Position numbers and translations under genes: made by a program. Of a stretch of DNA of 64,000 nt, positions 1 through 10,227 are shown one piece after another. Source of the stretch: Candidatus Heimdallarchaeum endolithica (GTDB taxonomy: Archaea; Asgardarchaeota; Heimdallarchaeia; Heimdallarchaeales; Heimdallarchaeaceae); assembly GCA_021513715.1 (NCBI GenBank), contig CP084167.1, positions 288,001-352,000 of the forward strand, in the 5' to 3' direction. A model generated the notes under the pieces. It was not told the origin of the DNA. It searched no databases and saw only the letters and a list, made by a program, of their open reading frames with translations. How positions within the stretch are numbered: the stretch's first letter is position 1; every line of letters begins with the position of its first letter.

Positions 1-12
1 GTTTTACTTTTT

Positions 13-756
13 CTATTTAATTTTGATTGCATCTATTGAATTTATAATAAAATCAGCGTTTTTCAAATCTTCTTTACTTGATCTTCCTGTTAAAACGCCA
101 ATAGCAGCTAAAGCTCCAGCATTTTTTGCTAATAACATATCGTTATTATCATCACCAATTACTATACTTTTATGAGGATCTACTTCAAGCAATTTACAAG
201 AATATTGCAACATATCAGGTGCTGGTTTAGGATTATATGGTGAATCTTCATCTATACCTAAAACAAGATCGAAATAATCTAGTAATTTACTATTTTTAAG
301 ATGCCTTTTAGCTGCATCAGTACTATCAAAAGTGGTCATAACAATTTTAATACCTTTTTCTTTTAATGTTTTAAGAAACAGTTCAATACCAGGATAAACT
401 TTAGTGTGTTTTGATAAGTCAACACTTTCATCAATTTCATTGAAGAGTTCAGAAATTTCTTTAAAACTTGCATTAACTGAATTTTTTCTCAAGAATTCAA
501 TTGTTGCCCTTATATTTTCCAAACGAGGCATATGTATTCTTCCCCCCATTATTATTTGTTCATTTGAATCTAGACCCATTATTTCTAAAATCTCTTTTTT
601 TGTTTCTTTTTCCAGATTATATCTTTTTACTAATTCTTCTGCACGTTTTTTCATTACAGGAAAATACATATCATAAGTTAGGACTGTACCATCTTTGTCT
701 ATACAAACTAGTTCAATTCCTTTCAGTTTATTATTTTCAATTTGAAAAGTTACCAT
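13..756 (-). CDS. HAD-superfamily hydrolase (phosphoglycolate phosphatase-like)
   Basis: Motif I CIDKDGT, KPAPD and GDDNND motifs. ATG at 756 (MVTFQ) preferred over the TTG-extended ORF to 819. Confidence 0.85.
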   Translation of the reverse strand: MVTFQIENNKLKGIELVCIDKDGTVLTYDMYFPVMKKRAEELVKRYNLEKETKKEILEIMGLDSNEQIIMGGRIHMPRLENIRATIEFLRKNSVNASFKEISELFNEIDESVDLSKHTKVYPGIELFLKTLKEKGIKIVMTTFDSTDAAKRHLKNSKLLDYFDLVLGIDEDSPYNPKPAPDMLQYSCKLLEVDPHKSIVIGDDNNDMLLAKNAGALAAIGVLTGRSSKEDLKNADFIINSIDAIKIK

Positions 757-952
757 GTGAATTATTTTTTTTATTTCAATAAAAAACTTTCTCAAATAGG
801 ACAATATTAATTCATTCAAGTTAGAACTCTGAGATACTCAAGGTTTTTACCTATCTAGAAAGGATTAAATAAAATAGTTATCAAATTGAAATTAATTACT
901 TATCTCAGAAAAATGTGAAAAAAAATATTTAACAACAAAAAAAAAGAAAGAA

Positions 953-2740
953 TTAATAACTAATAGAACCGTTTTCCTCAATCTTGATATCAAGATAGTT
1001 CTCTAAAATTCCTTTAAGTTTGTTCTTTGTTACCCTTACATCTTCTATTATTTTTCCATCTTGTAATCTTATTAGTCTGAATCCTGGCCGTACAAGGGAT
1101 AAATCATGAGTACTCATCATTATTGTTGTGTTGTAAACCCTAGCTGTCTCCATAAGCATGGAAATAATATTTCTAGCCAATCTCGAATCTAAATTAGCTG
1201 TAGGTTCATCAGCAAAGATTACTGGAGTATGTCTAGAAAGAGCTACTGCTAGAGCTGCACGCTGTTTTTCTCCTGCTGAAAGTTCTGGAGGATATTGATT
1301 TAGCCTATGATCAATTTTACATTCCTCTGCGATTTCTAGAAAATCAATTTGTGAGTAAAAGTCTTTAATTCCATTGAATATTTCTGGTATCTCCATATTT
1401 TCTTTTACTGTATATTGACTGAAAAGATTATTTACTTGACTAATCATTGCTATATCTTTGAAACGCATATTAGATATCGTTGAGCCACTTTCTTCAGATA
1501 TGTTTATTCCATCAATTATTATTTCTCCAGAAGTTGGCTTTTCTACACCTGAAACCACATTCATAAGAGTAGTTTTTCCTGCTCCACTTTTTCCTGCAAT
1601 GACTACAAAATCTCCCTTTTGGATATTGAAACTTATTCCTTTTAGAACTTCATGAGTACGTTTTCCTAATGGGAAAGACTTAACAAGATTTCTTACTTCT
1701 ATAATATTTCTATCTGATAAATCAGCTAAAAACTCTTGCTCCATTATAGGTCTAACTTCATCAAAAGAAACTTTATGTTCTTCTTCCTCTTCCTCAATCT
1801 TTTCTTCTATATCGGAATATTCATGGGTTTTAGGTAATAATTCATAAATTTCTTTCTTTGTAACATTATTAGGATTAAATAAGATTGAAAACTTCTTTGA
1901 AGGATGTATATCAAACTCAACAATATGCTTAAATTCACCAGTTTGATAAACTTCATCTGGCAATCTTACAAATTGACTGCTATCAATCACTGATTGAAGA
2001 GTAGACTCTTGAGGCTTTACAAGAAAATCAAGTTCAGAACGATCCATTTCAACGTTGACACCAACTAATCTTCCATCACGAATAATGTAACTCTTATTGA
2101 ATGCATTTCTAAATCTCAGATCATGTGTAACTACTAGAATCGTGGTGTTAAAAGCTCTATTAAGATCTTTAAATGTTTCAATGATGTTGTTAGTATTAGC
2201 AGTGTCCAATTGTCCAGTAGGTTCATCAGCGAGAATGATTTTTGGTTTTTTAGCTAAGGTAACACCGATACTAGTTCGTACTGCTTCTCCTCCAGATATT
2301 TTAGTTACTGGATTATAACGAATTCTTTCAATATTTAATGTCGACAATAGTTCATCAAGTTCTTTTCTCGCTCTTTGTCTACTTGCATATCTCATTTTTA
2401 GTGGTAAAAGTATATTCTGTTCCACAGTTAAATTAGGAATCAAGTTTTGCGCAACAAATTGATTAATTATTCCTATATTCTTGAATCTAAATATTTGCAT
2501 TTCTTTTTCTGAAAGATCAACAATATTTGTATCACCGATATATACTGAACCTCCAGAAGCTGTTTCCAATCCACACAGGATTTTAATTAATGTACTTTTT
2601 CCTGCTCCTGATGGGCCTATTATTGAAGCTACTTCTCCTTCTTTCACAAATAAATCTAACCCACGTAAAGCAGAAACCCTTACATCTGTTTCTGGGTCAT
2701 GATATACTTTTATTAGATCTTTAACATATATTCCACTCAT
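953..2740 (-). CDS. Tandem (two-domain) LolD/MacB-type ABC ATPase
   Basis: Two full ATPase cassettes: GPSGAGKS/ISGGE/ILADEPT/THD and GKSGAGKT/LSAGE/IFADEPT/THD. Confidence 0.9.
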   Translation of the reverse strand: MSGIYVKDLIKVYHDPETDVRVSALRGLDLFVKEGEVASIIGPSGAGKSTLIKILCGLETASGGSVYIGDTNIVDLSEKEMQIFRFKNIGIINQFVAQNLIPNLTVEQNILLPLKMRYASRQRARKELDELLSTLNIERIRYNPVTKISGGEAVRTSIGVTLAKKPKIILADEPTGQLDTANTNNIIETFKDLNRAFNTTILVVTHDLRFRNAFNKSYIIRDGRLVGVNVEMDRSELDFLVKPQESTLQSVIDSSQFVRLPDEVYQTGEFKHIVEFDIHPSKKFSILFNPNNVTKKEIYELLPKTHEYSDIEEKIEEEEEEHKVSFDEVRPIMEQEFLADLSDRNIIEVRNLVKSFPLGKRTHEVLKGISFNIQKGDFVVIAGKSGAGKTTLMNVVSGVEKPTSGEIIIDGINISEESGSTISNMRFKDIAMISQVNNLFSQYTVKENMEIPEIFNGIKDFYSQIDFLEIAEECKIDHRLNQYPPELSAGEKQRAALAVALSRHTPVIFADEPTANLDSRLARNIISMLMETARVYNTTIMMSTHDLSLVRPGFRLIRLQDGKIIEDVRVTKNKLKGILENYLDIKIEENGSISY

Positions 2741-2745
2741 TTACA

Positions 2746-5700
2746 TCACTCCAATTGTGTGGGAGAATATTTAGCGAATTCTCTACGCAAATTAAATGTC
2801 AAACTAATATACAGTATAATAGGTAAAGCCAAGAAACTTAACAGCAACGGAATTAACGGATATTGCATTGATAATGGATAGGGTTCTGCCCCATAGCTTA
2901 AAAGACCCAACATTGGTTTTATTACTGAAAATCCAAATATCGACCCTAGCAACATGGAAGGTATAATCGCAGCAATGAAACTTTCTACTGCAGATAAATT
3001 AATTATTGTCGTTACATTGATTCCCATTTTCTTCATAATATCGTGTTTAATAACTCTCTTTTCTAATATTTTTGTGGCCGTAGTAAAGCTTGAAAATACT
3101 AACACTACCACTGCTATAAATAACGAAAGTATCATTTCGATAATAAAGATATTATAGAGAGGTGTTTTCAGGTTATCTTTCAAACTATTGAAACTTTGGA
3201 CATATGCTCCTCCTGAAATCTCAAAAACTTGTTGAGCAACAGGACCTATTTGACTTTGACTCGTTGGCTTAATCAACAAAGCAGAAGAAGTTAATAATCT
3301 TCTTGTAACAACGTTTTTCAATATTGTATCAAAACATTCTGCTGTTACAATCATCATTAGCTCTTCATCTTGCTTATCTTTTTCAAGGAAGAAAATAGGA
3401 AATAGATCAAAAGTTGATATTACTGTCATTGTATGGTTATATTTATGTACAAATTTGTCATATTTTGTATCAAAAGTTGCATCAGGATGTATAAGAAAAA
3501 TCTCATCTCCCACTTCTTTCTTGTACTTTTCTGATAATGTCCTGCTAATTATTACAGTGTCTTTTGTGAGAGAAGCTAGTTGTTGCCAATTGAACTTTAC
3601 TACTGTTGTAGGAGGTTGACGTACTGTTTGCAAAAAGCTAGTAGTATTTATAACCATAATCTTCGTTCCATGATAGCCTAAATTATAATCACTATACATT
3701 GTATACAGTCTTACATAAGAAGCAGAATCTACTCCTTCTATTGCTGTAATGTTTTCTATCGAAATTCCACTTGAATACTTATGCCAATTAGGAACCATTA
3801 ATTCAGCACCGTTCATAAAGTAGGCTTGATTGGTTAGTGTTTTTTCTTTTGAAAATGGAACAATTATAGAAGGAATGATAATTCCAATAAGTAACAAGAA
3901 TATCAAGGTTATATTTTCGAAATATTTTATATCTTTGGATATTTCAGCAAAAACAAACCTGAACTTGTTTTTCTTCTCTGAATTCCAAATAACAGTTCCA
4001 ATTCCTTTCCAAATAATAGATAAAAACTTCATTAATAGTGGCAAAGCTCCTATTAAAGTAAATAGTGCACCAATAATTGTAAGATTAAGAAACAGTGGGA
4101 AGTTTTTCGTACTAGCTTCAATATAAGCTACAAAGGTTAAGTAGTAGAAAACTCCAAATATCAGCATGCCTATGAGTAGAAAACTTAGTTCTCTCCAGCT
4201 AATACTTTTAAACAACTTTGAAAGCTTACTTGGAGTTTTTTCTATTCTCCTTTCTCTTCTGACAATTAAAAGTATTCTAGGAATCGAAATAGTGAACAAA
4301 ATTAAGGCAGTTAAAAGCATTTCAACTGGAAGATTTCCTATTCTCAATTCTGTATCCATATTGTTAAATGACAGAAATCCATTTATCCTGATTAATGGTA
4401 TTGAAGTAAGTATCGCAATTCCGTAGCTTATAATTGTAGCTATAATTACTTCAAAAAATCTTATCCAGACATAAATAGAGACCATTGTTCTTCTCCTTAC
4501 TCCTCGATTTTTTAGTATAGCTACTTCTTGTTGATAACTTGAAGAGAAGAGTTCTGAAGATTCAAATATCATAAAAATTGATAACAATATAGCAGGAAAA
4601 GCAAAGATAAACAGACGTGTCATGTTATTTAAATAATAACGGTTAAAGTCAGTGAAGAAATCAATTATTTCTTGTGTGAAAACTATTGCTGAAGAAGCAT
4701 CATGACTTAATGAATAAGTAATTCCTACATGCTTTTCATATTCCTTTGATATAATTGTTCTTTCTTCTATCTTAAAGTTTGAAAATTTTAGATTAAATTG
4801 ATAAATTCCTCGAAGTTGCATATTTAACTTTTTGCTGTTTGAAAGTAACTTAAACAGATTACTATTATACAAGACTATTTGAGAAGTTTCTAGTAAGCCG
4901 AAAATGTCATTTGATTCACCTAGGAACAAACTTGTTTTATAAAGTTCAGATGTGGTTACTTGTTCAAAGATTCCTACAATTGTTAAATTGACAGTATAAT
5001 CTTTAACTTCATCTGACAAGACAGATTTTTGAGACAAGATCACACTTATATTACTGTTGAGAGACAATTCAAAATCTCTGAAAAGTGAACCTTTAATCAA
5101 GATCTCATTATCAGATTGTGGAATACGCCCTTCAGTTATAACAGAAGATAAATAAGCTTCAGAATCATCAGGAAGAGAAGAAATCTTAACTTCTTTATTG
5201 TAATCTACTGTAGGATGTTGTGCTCTGACAAAACTATAATAAGCTGATTCAATAGAAGTGATATATTTAGAAATTGTAAGGTCACTAATTATTGAACGAA
5301 TTTGAGATTTGGCTAAGCTATCATAATTTTCAGCAACTGTAACAGAGCCCTCATTGATCTTAACTATGTTTGTTACCAAACTTACACTTGCTTTTCCATC
5401 TGAAATAATGTTATTAGCAGAATAATAAGACTTAACTAAAGAAGATTGCTCACTTTGAGAAATGATTATTGCAGAACCAAGCAAATAACCTGTGATTATA
5501 AAACCAGCAAGAGTTATTAAAGTTCGCTTTTTATTGGAAAAACCTATCGTTTTAACTGTACTAAAGAAATTATATAAGTATCTGTTTATATTTAAGAAAA
5601 AAAGTATGAATTTTTTATGTTCTCCAACTTCTGAAGTATCGTAAAAGAATGATTTAATTGCTTTTGCTTTTCTTATCCATAATATTGCAAGAAGAGCAAA

Positions 5701-7044
5701 TATGATTACGATTAGCACACATATTGCAATTACTATTGGAATGTTATTTTTAACAAAATAGGTGAAAGGATTATATAATTGTAAACCATTATCGATAATT
5801 GGTTCTATAGAAGCAATTTGTATATTGGTTACTAAGATTAAGGAAATTGCAGTTTCATTTTTATATTGTAGACCAATTGGATGGGGAATCTGTTTTGTAC
5901 ATATTGTTGAATTATAAAGAAGCAAGTAGCTAGAATCAAAGAGTGTGAAAGAATAACTGTAAGGAGAAATCTTTTCAGATGTTGTTACTGGTTGAAATTC
6001 CCAAAGAAGTGTTAAATTGTTATATTTTCCTCTAAATATAGAAACATAATCCATACCTTCTGATTTTGTTATTAGAATCATTTGTTCTGTATTATTTTCA
6101 GTATTAAGAGAGAAATCATAATAATTATCCTGTGTTAAAATACTTTGTGTAGTATTGGTAACATGTGTCCCATTAAACCACCCATAAAACATTCTCTTCT
6201 TTTCAAAAAAGGCAAATGTGAATATTTTATCATTGCTACCTTTTTCTGCATCAAATTTACCTACTTCACCAACTACATCATTCGAGAATTTCTTCACAAT
6301 CAGAGGGTAGAAAGTTTTATTATCTAAAATTCCAAAACCAAAGTCTCCTTTAAATTCTCCCTTATTATAACTATCTTCCCATTTTTGATAGAAATAATAA
6401 ATTGTTCCGTTATTTACTACAAAATCTAAACCTACTCTATAATATGGATTAGAAATGGAAAAGTATTCTTTTTTAAATGAACCTTCTCTACCATAATAAT
6501 GAGTTATATTCATAAATCTATTATCATCACCATAGTATCTATTAAAGAATAGATGAGTTGTACCATTATCTATCACTACTTTGAAGTAATTTATATAAGG
6601 TAAAATACTTGAAGCAATAGAAACAATAGGAATAGTTCTATTTGAAGAAGGAGACCAGGAGTATTCATAAAAACTTATAGTACCCAAAGGATTCACAGCG
6701 CTAAAGATTACAAACAAATTATCATTATAAATGAAACTATCGTAAAATGTAATTAGAGAAACGTCCTCAAGCAAATTGGCTTGAATCAACTTTGAACCAT
6801 CGCTATATAGGACAACTAATTTATCATCAACTGAAGTTCGTAAATGGACGAAAACATGAATATTTTGTTCCATATCCATTACTGGAAAAGTTTCAAGAAT
6901 TCCTCCGTCTTTTATATTTTCGGTATATAAAAGAGTATATTCTTTTTCATTTTCAGCTAGAATATATGAATTAAGAGAAATACTTACAAGTATAATTATT
7001 AATATAAAAGAACTTCTTATTTTCAACCTTATCAGAATTGGCAA
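2746..7044 (-). CDS. FtsX/MacB-like ABC permease with large N-terminal extracellular domain
   Basis: Signal-like N-terminus, ~400-aa beta-rich domain, then two FtsX-like TM clusters (EVAILKNRG; IMKKMG). Ends 5 bp upstream of the ATPase. Exact start uncertain. Confidence 0.8.
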   Translation of the reverse strand: MPILIRLKIRSSFILIIILVSISLNSYILAENEKEYTLLYTENIKDGGILETFPVMDMEQNIHVFVHLRTSVDDKLVVLYSDGSKLIQANLLEDVSLITFYDSFIYNDNLFVIFSAVNPLGTISFYEYSWSPSSNRTIPIVSIASSILPYINYFKVVIDNGTTHLFFNRYYGDDNRFMNITHYYGREGSFKKEYFSISNPYYRVGLDFVVNNGTIYYFYQKWEDSYNKGEFKGDFGFGILDNKTFYPLIVKKFSNDVVGEVGKFDAEKGSNDKIFTFAFFEKKRMFYGWFNGTHVTNTTQSILTQDNYYDFSLNTENNTEQMILITKSEGMDYVSIFRGKYNNLTLLWEFQPVTTSEKISPYSYSFTLFDSSYLLLYNSTICTKQIPHPIGLQYKNETAISLILVTNIQIASIEPIIDNGLQLYNPFTYFVKNNIPIVIAICVLIVIIFALLAILWIRKAKAIKSFFYDTSEVGEHKKFILFFLNINRYLYNFFSTVKTIGFSNKKRTLITLAGFIITGYLLGSAIIISQSEQSSLVKSYYSANNIISDGKASVSLVTNIVKINEGSVTVAENYDSLAKSQIRSIISDLTISKYITSIESAYYSFVRAQHPTVDYNKEVKISSLPDDSEAYLSSVITEGRIPQSDNEILIKGSLFRDFELSLNSNISVILSQKSVLSDEVKDYTVNLTIVGIFEQVTTSELYKTSLFLGESNDIFGLLETSQIVLYNSNLFKLLSNSKKLNMQLRGIYQFNLKFSNFKIEERTIISKEYEKHVGITYSLSHDASSAIVFTQEIIDFFTDFNRYYLNNMTRLFIFAFPAILLSIFMIFESSELFSSSYQQEVAILKNRGVRRRTMVSIYVWIRFFEVIIATIISYGIAILTSIPLIRINGFLSFNNMDTELRIGNLPVEMLLTALILFTISIPRILLIVRRERRIEKTPSKLSKLFKSISWRELSFLLIGMLIFGVFYYLTFVAYIEASTKNFPLFLNLTIIGALFTLIGALPLLMKFLSIIWKGIGTVIWNSEKKNKFRFVFAEISKDIKYFENITLIFLLLIGIIIPSIIVPFSKEKTLTNQAYFMNGAELMVPNWHKYSSGISIENITAIEGVDSASYVRLYTMYSDYNLGYHGTKIMVINTTSFLQTVRQPPTTVVKFNWQQLASLTKDTVIISRTLSEKYKKEVGDEIFLIHPDATFDTKYDKFVHKYNHTMTVISTFDLFPIFFLEKDKQDEELMMIVTAECFDTILKNVVTRRLLTSSALLIKPTSQSQIGPVAQQVFEISGGAYVQSFNSLKDNLKTPLYNIFIIEMILSLFIAVVVLVFSSFTTATKILEKRVIKHDIMKKMGINVTTIINLSAVESFIAAIIPSMLLGSIFGFSVIKPMLGLLSYGAEPYPLSMQYPLIPLLLSFLALPIILYISLTFNLRREFAKYSPTQLE

Positions 7045-7216
7045 ACTTCATACATTTATATTTTTTTTGTAACGAAAATCACAGAATAAGATAGACAATA
7101 AAAATAAGCATAGTTTCAGTTTTTTTTTATTCATTTAAAATTTTCACAAAACTGCAAATTCAAACAACAAAACTAATTAAGTTTGAAGTTTATTTATCTA
7201 TTATAATTAAGAAAAA

Positions 7217-9169
7217 GTGGAAAAAATGAAAAGATATATCCAGTCTATAATATTAATAGGCATCGTGAGTATTTCATTACTAACTGGGATTTATACAGTT
7301 ATTATCATAAATAACAATAAAACATCACAAGAGTTTAACTGGACTATTCCTTTAAACGCAAGTATACATGGAAATAGTTACAAGATAACTTATTATGTAA
7401 AAATGAATGATGGAGTAAAACTTGCTACTGACTTATATGTTCCAAAAGACATTAATTCTTCATTACCTGTAATTTTTATTAGAACACCATATAACAAAAA
7501 CGAACTTGAAATATTTAGTTTATATGTTGATGAAGATTATGCAATAGTCATTCAAGATTTTAGAGGATATTTTGCTTCTGAAGGAGAAAAAACCATGCCT
7601 TTCTTCCCAGAGAGTGAAGATGGAAAAAAAAGTTTAGAATGGATCAGTTCTCAACCTTGGTGCAACGGAAAAATTGGTACATGGGGGCCTTCAGCTTTAG
7701 CTATAGCACAATATCTATTAGCTCCAAACGCTTCAGAGGAATTGAAATGCCAAGTTCCAATTGTAGGAACACCAGATGTGTATGAAGCTGCTTTCCGAGG
7801 AGGAGCATTAAGATCAGAGTTAATGGTTCCTTGGATGGTAGCTCAAGGATATACTATTGAGGAAATTAACAATTTTGTAGACATGGAAAAGTTGGATAAT
7901 AGATGGGATCCTGTAAGAATAGTAAACAACTATAAAGATATTCACGTTCCAGCAATGCATATTGGAGGTTGGTATGATATATTCACTCAAAATACTATTG
8001 ATGCTTTTATAGGCTATCAAACTCAAGGAGGAGAAGGAGCAGCTGGAAACTCGAAACTAGTCATGGGGCCTTGGACTCATGTAGGTGGTTTTGGCGCTCT
8101 AGCTTCAGGAGAATATAAAGGATTACCTTACATTTATCCCAACCAAAAAGCAGGAATGATAATTGACCTAGGAGATATAGTTTTTGAAAAGTGGCTAAAG
8201 AACAACAGCACTAGATGGGAAAACCTTCCTGATGTTATTTTCTATCTTATGAGTTCTTTACCTTACAATAACAACAAACTTGGTAATAATTGGTACTCTT
8301 CTAACCATTGGCCTTTAGAAACGGAAGAACAGACACTATTTTTCAATAATGATATGAGTTTAAGTACAACACAAGAAGAAAATGAAAATAGCGCGATTTC
8401 TTATTTATACGATCCATTAAACCCTGTTCCAACAGAAGGAGGAGGAAATCTAGCTTTAAAAGCAGGTACTTATGATCAAAGAGACCTAGAAAAAAGAGGA
8501 GATGTACTTACATTTACTTCTGAAACACTCAAAGAACCAGTTACTGTTATTGGCCAAATTAAAGTAATGTTAGAAATATCAACAAATTGTACAGATACAG
8601 ACTTTACAGTCAAACTAACAGATGTTTTTCCTGACAACACTTCAATGCTCATCACCGATACTATAATTAGAGCAAGAAATAGAAATTCATACTCAACATG
8701 GGATTTTCTCGAATCAGAAAAAAGATACATATTAAACATTACATTGGATTCAACTGCCTATGTTTTTACACCAGGACACAAAATAAGACTCGATATTTCA
8801 AGTTCCAATTATCCTCGATTTGAAACTAATCCAAATACAGGAGAACCTTTATGGCAGAATTCAACAACTTATGTTGCAAATAACACTATGTTCATGGCAA
8901 ACAGTAAAGTTATTTTACCTACCTATGATTACGATAAATTAATTCCTTTCAACCCAAATCTTTCAAATTTAAATAGTAATAAAGAATCTAAAGAAATACT
9001 TGTAACAAAAGTGAATAACTATTTCTCTCTAATAGAATCTAATTATAACATCAACTACAAAAGCTATTCTAATAAAATACCTTCTGTGAATCAAATTATC
9101 AAAATTGAAGAACAAAAGGTGAAAATAACTCAAATATTGCCATTATTTGTCAAAAGAATAAAAAAATAA
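7217..9169 (+). CDS. CocE/NonD family hydrolase (peptidase S15-like), N-terminal TM/signal
   Basis: DGVKLATDLY, RTPYNK, QDFRG, nucleophile WGPSA, GGWYD, GPWTH, ISSSNYPRF. Start may be the ATG at 7226. Confidence 0.9.
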   Translation: MEKMKRYIQSIILIGIVSISLLTGIYTVIIINNNKTSQEFNWTIPLNASIHGNSYKITYYVKMNDGVKLATDLYVPKDINSSLPVIFIRTPYNKNELEIFSLYVDEDYAIVIQDFRGYFASEGEKTMPFFPESEDGKKSLEWISSQPWCNGKIGTWGPSALAIAQYLLAPNASEELKCQVPIVGTPDVYEAAFRGGALRSELMVPWMVAQGYTIEEINNFVDMEKLDNRWDPVRIVNNYKDIHVPAMHIGGWYDIFTQNTIDAFIGYQTQGGEGAAGNSKLVMGPWTHVGGFGALASGEYKGLPYIYPNQKAGMIIDLGDIVFEKWLKNNSTRWENLPDVIFYLMSSLPYNNNKLGNNWYSSNHWPLETEEQTLFFNNDMSLSTTQEENENSAISYLYDPLNPVPTEGGGNLALKAGTYDQRDLEKRGDVLTFTSETLKEPVTVIGQIKVMLEISTNCTDTDFTVKLTDVFPDNTSMLITDTIIRARNRNSYSTWDFLESEKRYILNITLDSTAYVFTPGHKIRLDISSSNYPRFETNPNTGEPLWQNSTTYVANNTMFMANSKVILPTYDYDKLIPFNPNLSNLNSNKESKEILVTKVNNYFSLIESNYNINYKSYSNKIPSVNQIIKIEEQKVKITQILPLFVKRIKK

Positions 9170-9194
9170 GAAGATAATTCTTATTATCCTTTTT

Positions 9195-9989
9195 TTAATT
9201 TAATCCATAATATTTGCGAAGGAGGAATTGTTGGAATTTTCTGGGAAATATGTGTCTAACTACTGTAACCAATATTACTTGTAGTCCTACAATATATCTT
9301 GGTTTTGATCTCTTTGATTTAATAGCTCTTAATATCTTTTTAGCAACAGCCTTGGGGTCTGAGCCTGATTGTTCATCTCTATGCATTTTTTCTATCGCTC
9401 GCTTTGCTTTTTCATTATTTTCAAAACCTTGAGTATAAGTTCTGCTTGAATGAAAATCCGTTTTGGTATCTCCTGGTTCTATTGTACAAACATCTATTCC
9501 TTCATTTACAATCTCCATACGTAAAGAATCAGAATATATAGATAAAGCAGCTTTAGCTGCACTATAGATACCTTGGTAAGGAACAGCCAATCTCCCTGCA
9601 TACGAACTAATATTAACTATCTTACCATACCCTTGTTTTCTCATAATTGGATAAACAGCTTTTATCACACGATGAGGACCAAAAAAATTTGTTTCAAACA
9701 GTTCTATTATTTCTTCTGTTGTAGAATCAATAATTGGTCCACATAATCCATATGCTGCATTGTTAATTAATACATCAATTTTTCCTTCTTTTTTAATAAC
9801 ATCATCAATACAGTTCTTTACTAACTCTTCATTTGTAACATCTAGTAAAAGAACATTATCTTTCACTTTTTCCTCTTTTCTAGTAGTAACATAAACTTTC
9901 ATTCCTTTAGAAGTAAGTAAATCAGCAGTTACTTTACCTATTCCTTTTGTTCCTCCTGTTATCAATACAACTTTATTTTTAATGTTCAT
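9195..9989 (-). CDS. Short-chain dehydrogenase/reductase
   Basis: TGGTKGIG, NNAA, catalytic YSAAK. Confidence 0.92.
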   Translation of the reverse strand: MNIKNKVVLITGGTKGIGKVTADLLTSKGMKVYVTTRKEEKVKDNVLLLDVTNEELVKNCIDDVIKKEGKIDVLINNAAYGLCGPIIDSTTEEIIELFETNFFGPHRVIKAVYPIMRKQGYGKIVNISSYAGRLAVPYQGIYSAAKAALSIYSDSLRMEIVNEGIDVCTIEPGDTKTDFHSSRTYTQGFENNEKAKRAIEKMHRDEQSGSDPKAVAKKILRAIKSKRSKPRYIVGLQVILVTVVRHIFPRKFQQFLLRKYYGLN

Positions 9990-10227
9990 TTTTTCAATCT
10001 CATGAAAAAGTAGCTAGTTTATATTTTTTTCTTAGCATTTTTCTTTGTTTTTTATGTAATGCAAAAAGACTTGATTCTAATAAAACTTTTTCAAGCCCTA
10101 AAACGTCAAAATTGAACTAAAAAAAGTGCAGTGCATATTTTTTCAAAATAAGTTTAAATATGTTAAAAAAAATGCAATTGATGTTGAGTGAATACTCAAC
10201 TGATAGAAAGCGAGAAAATGGATTAAA

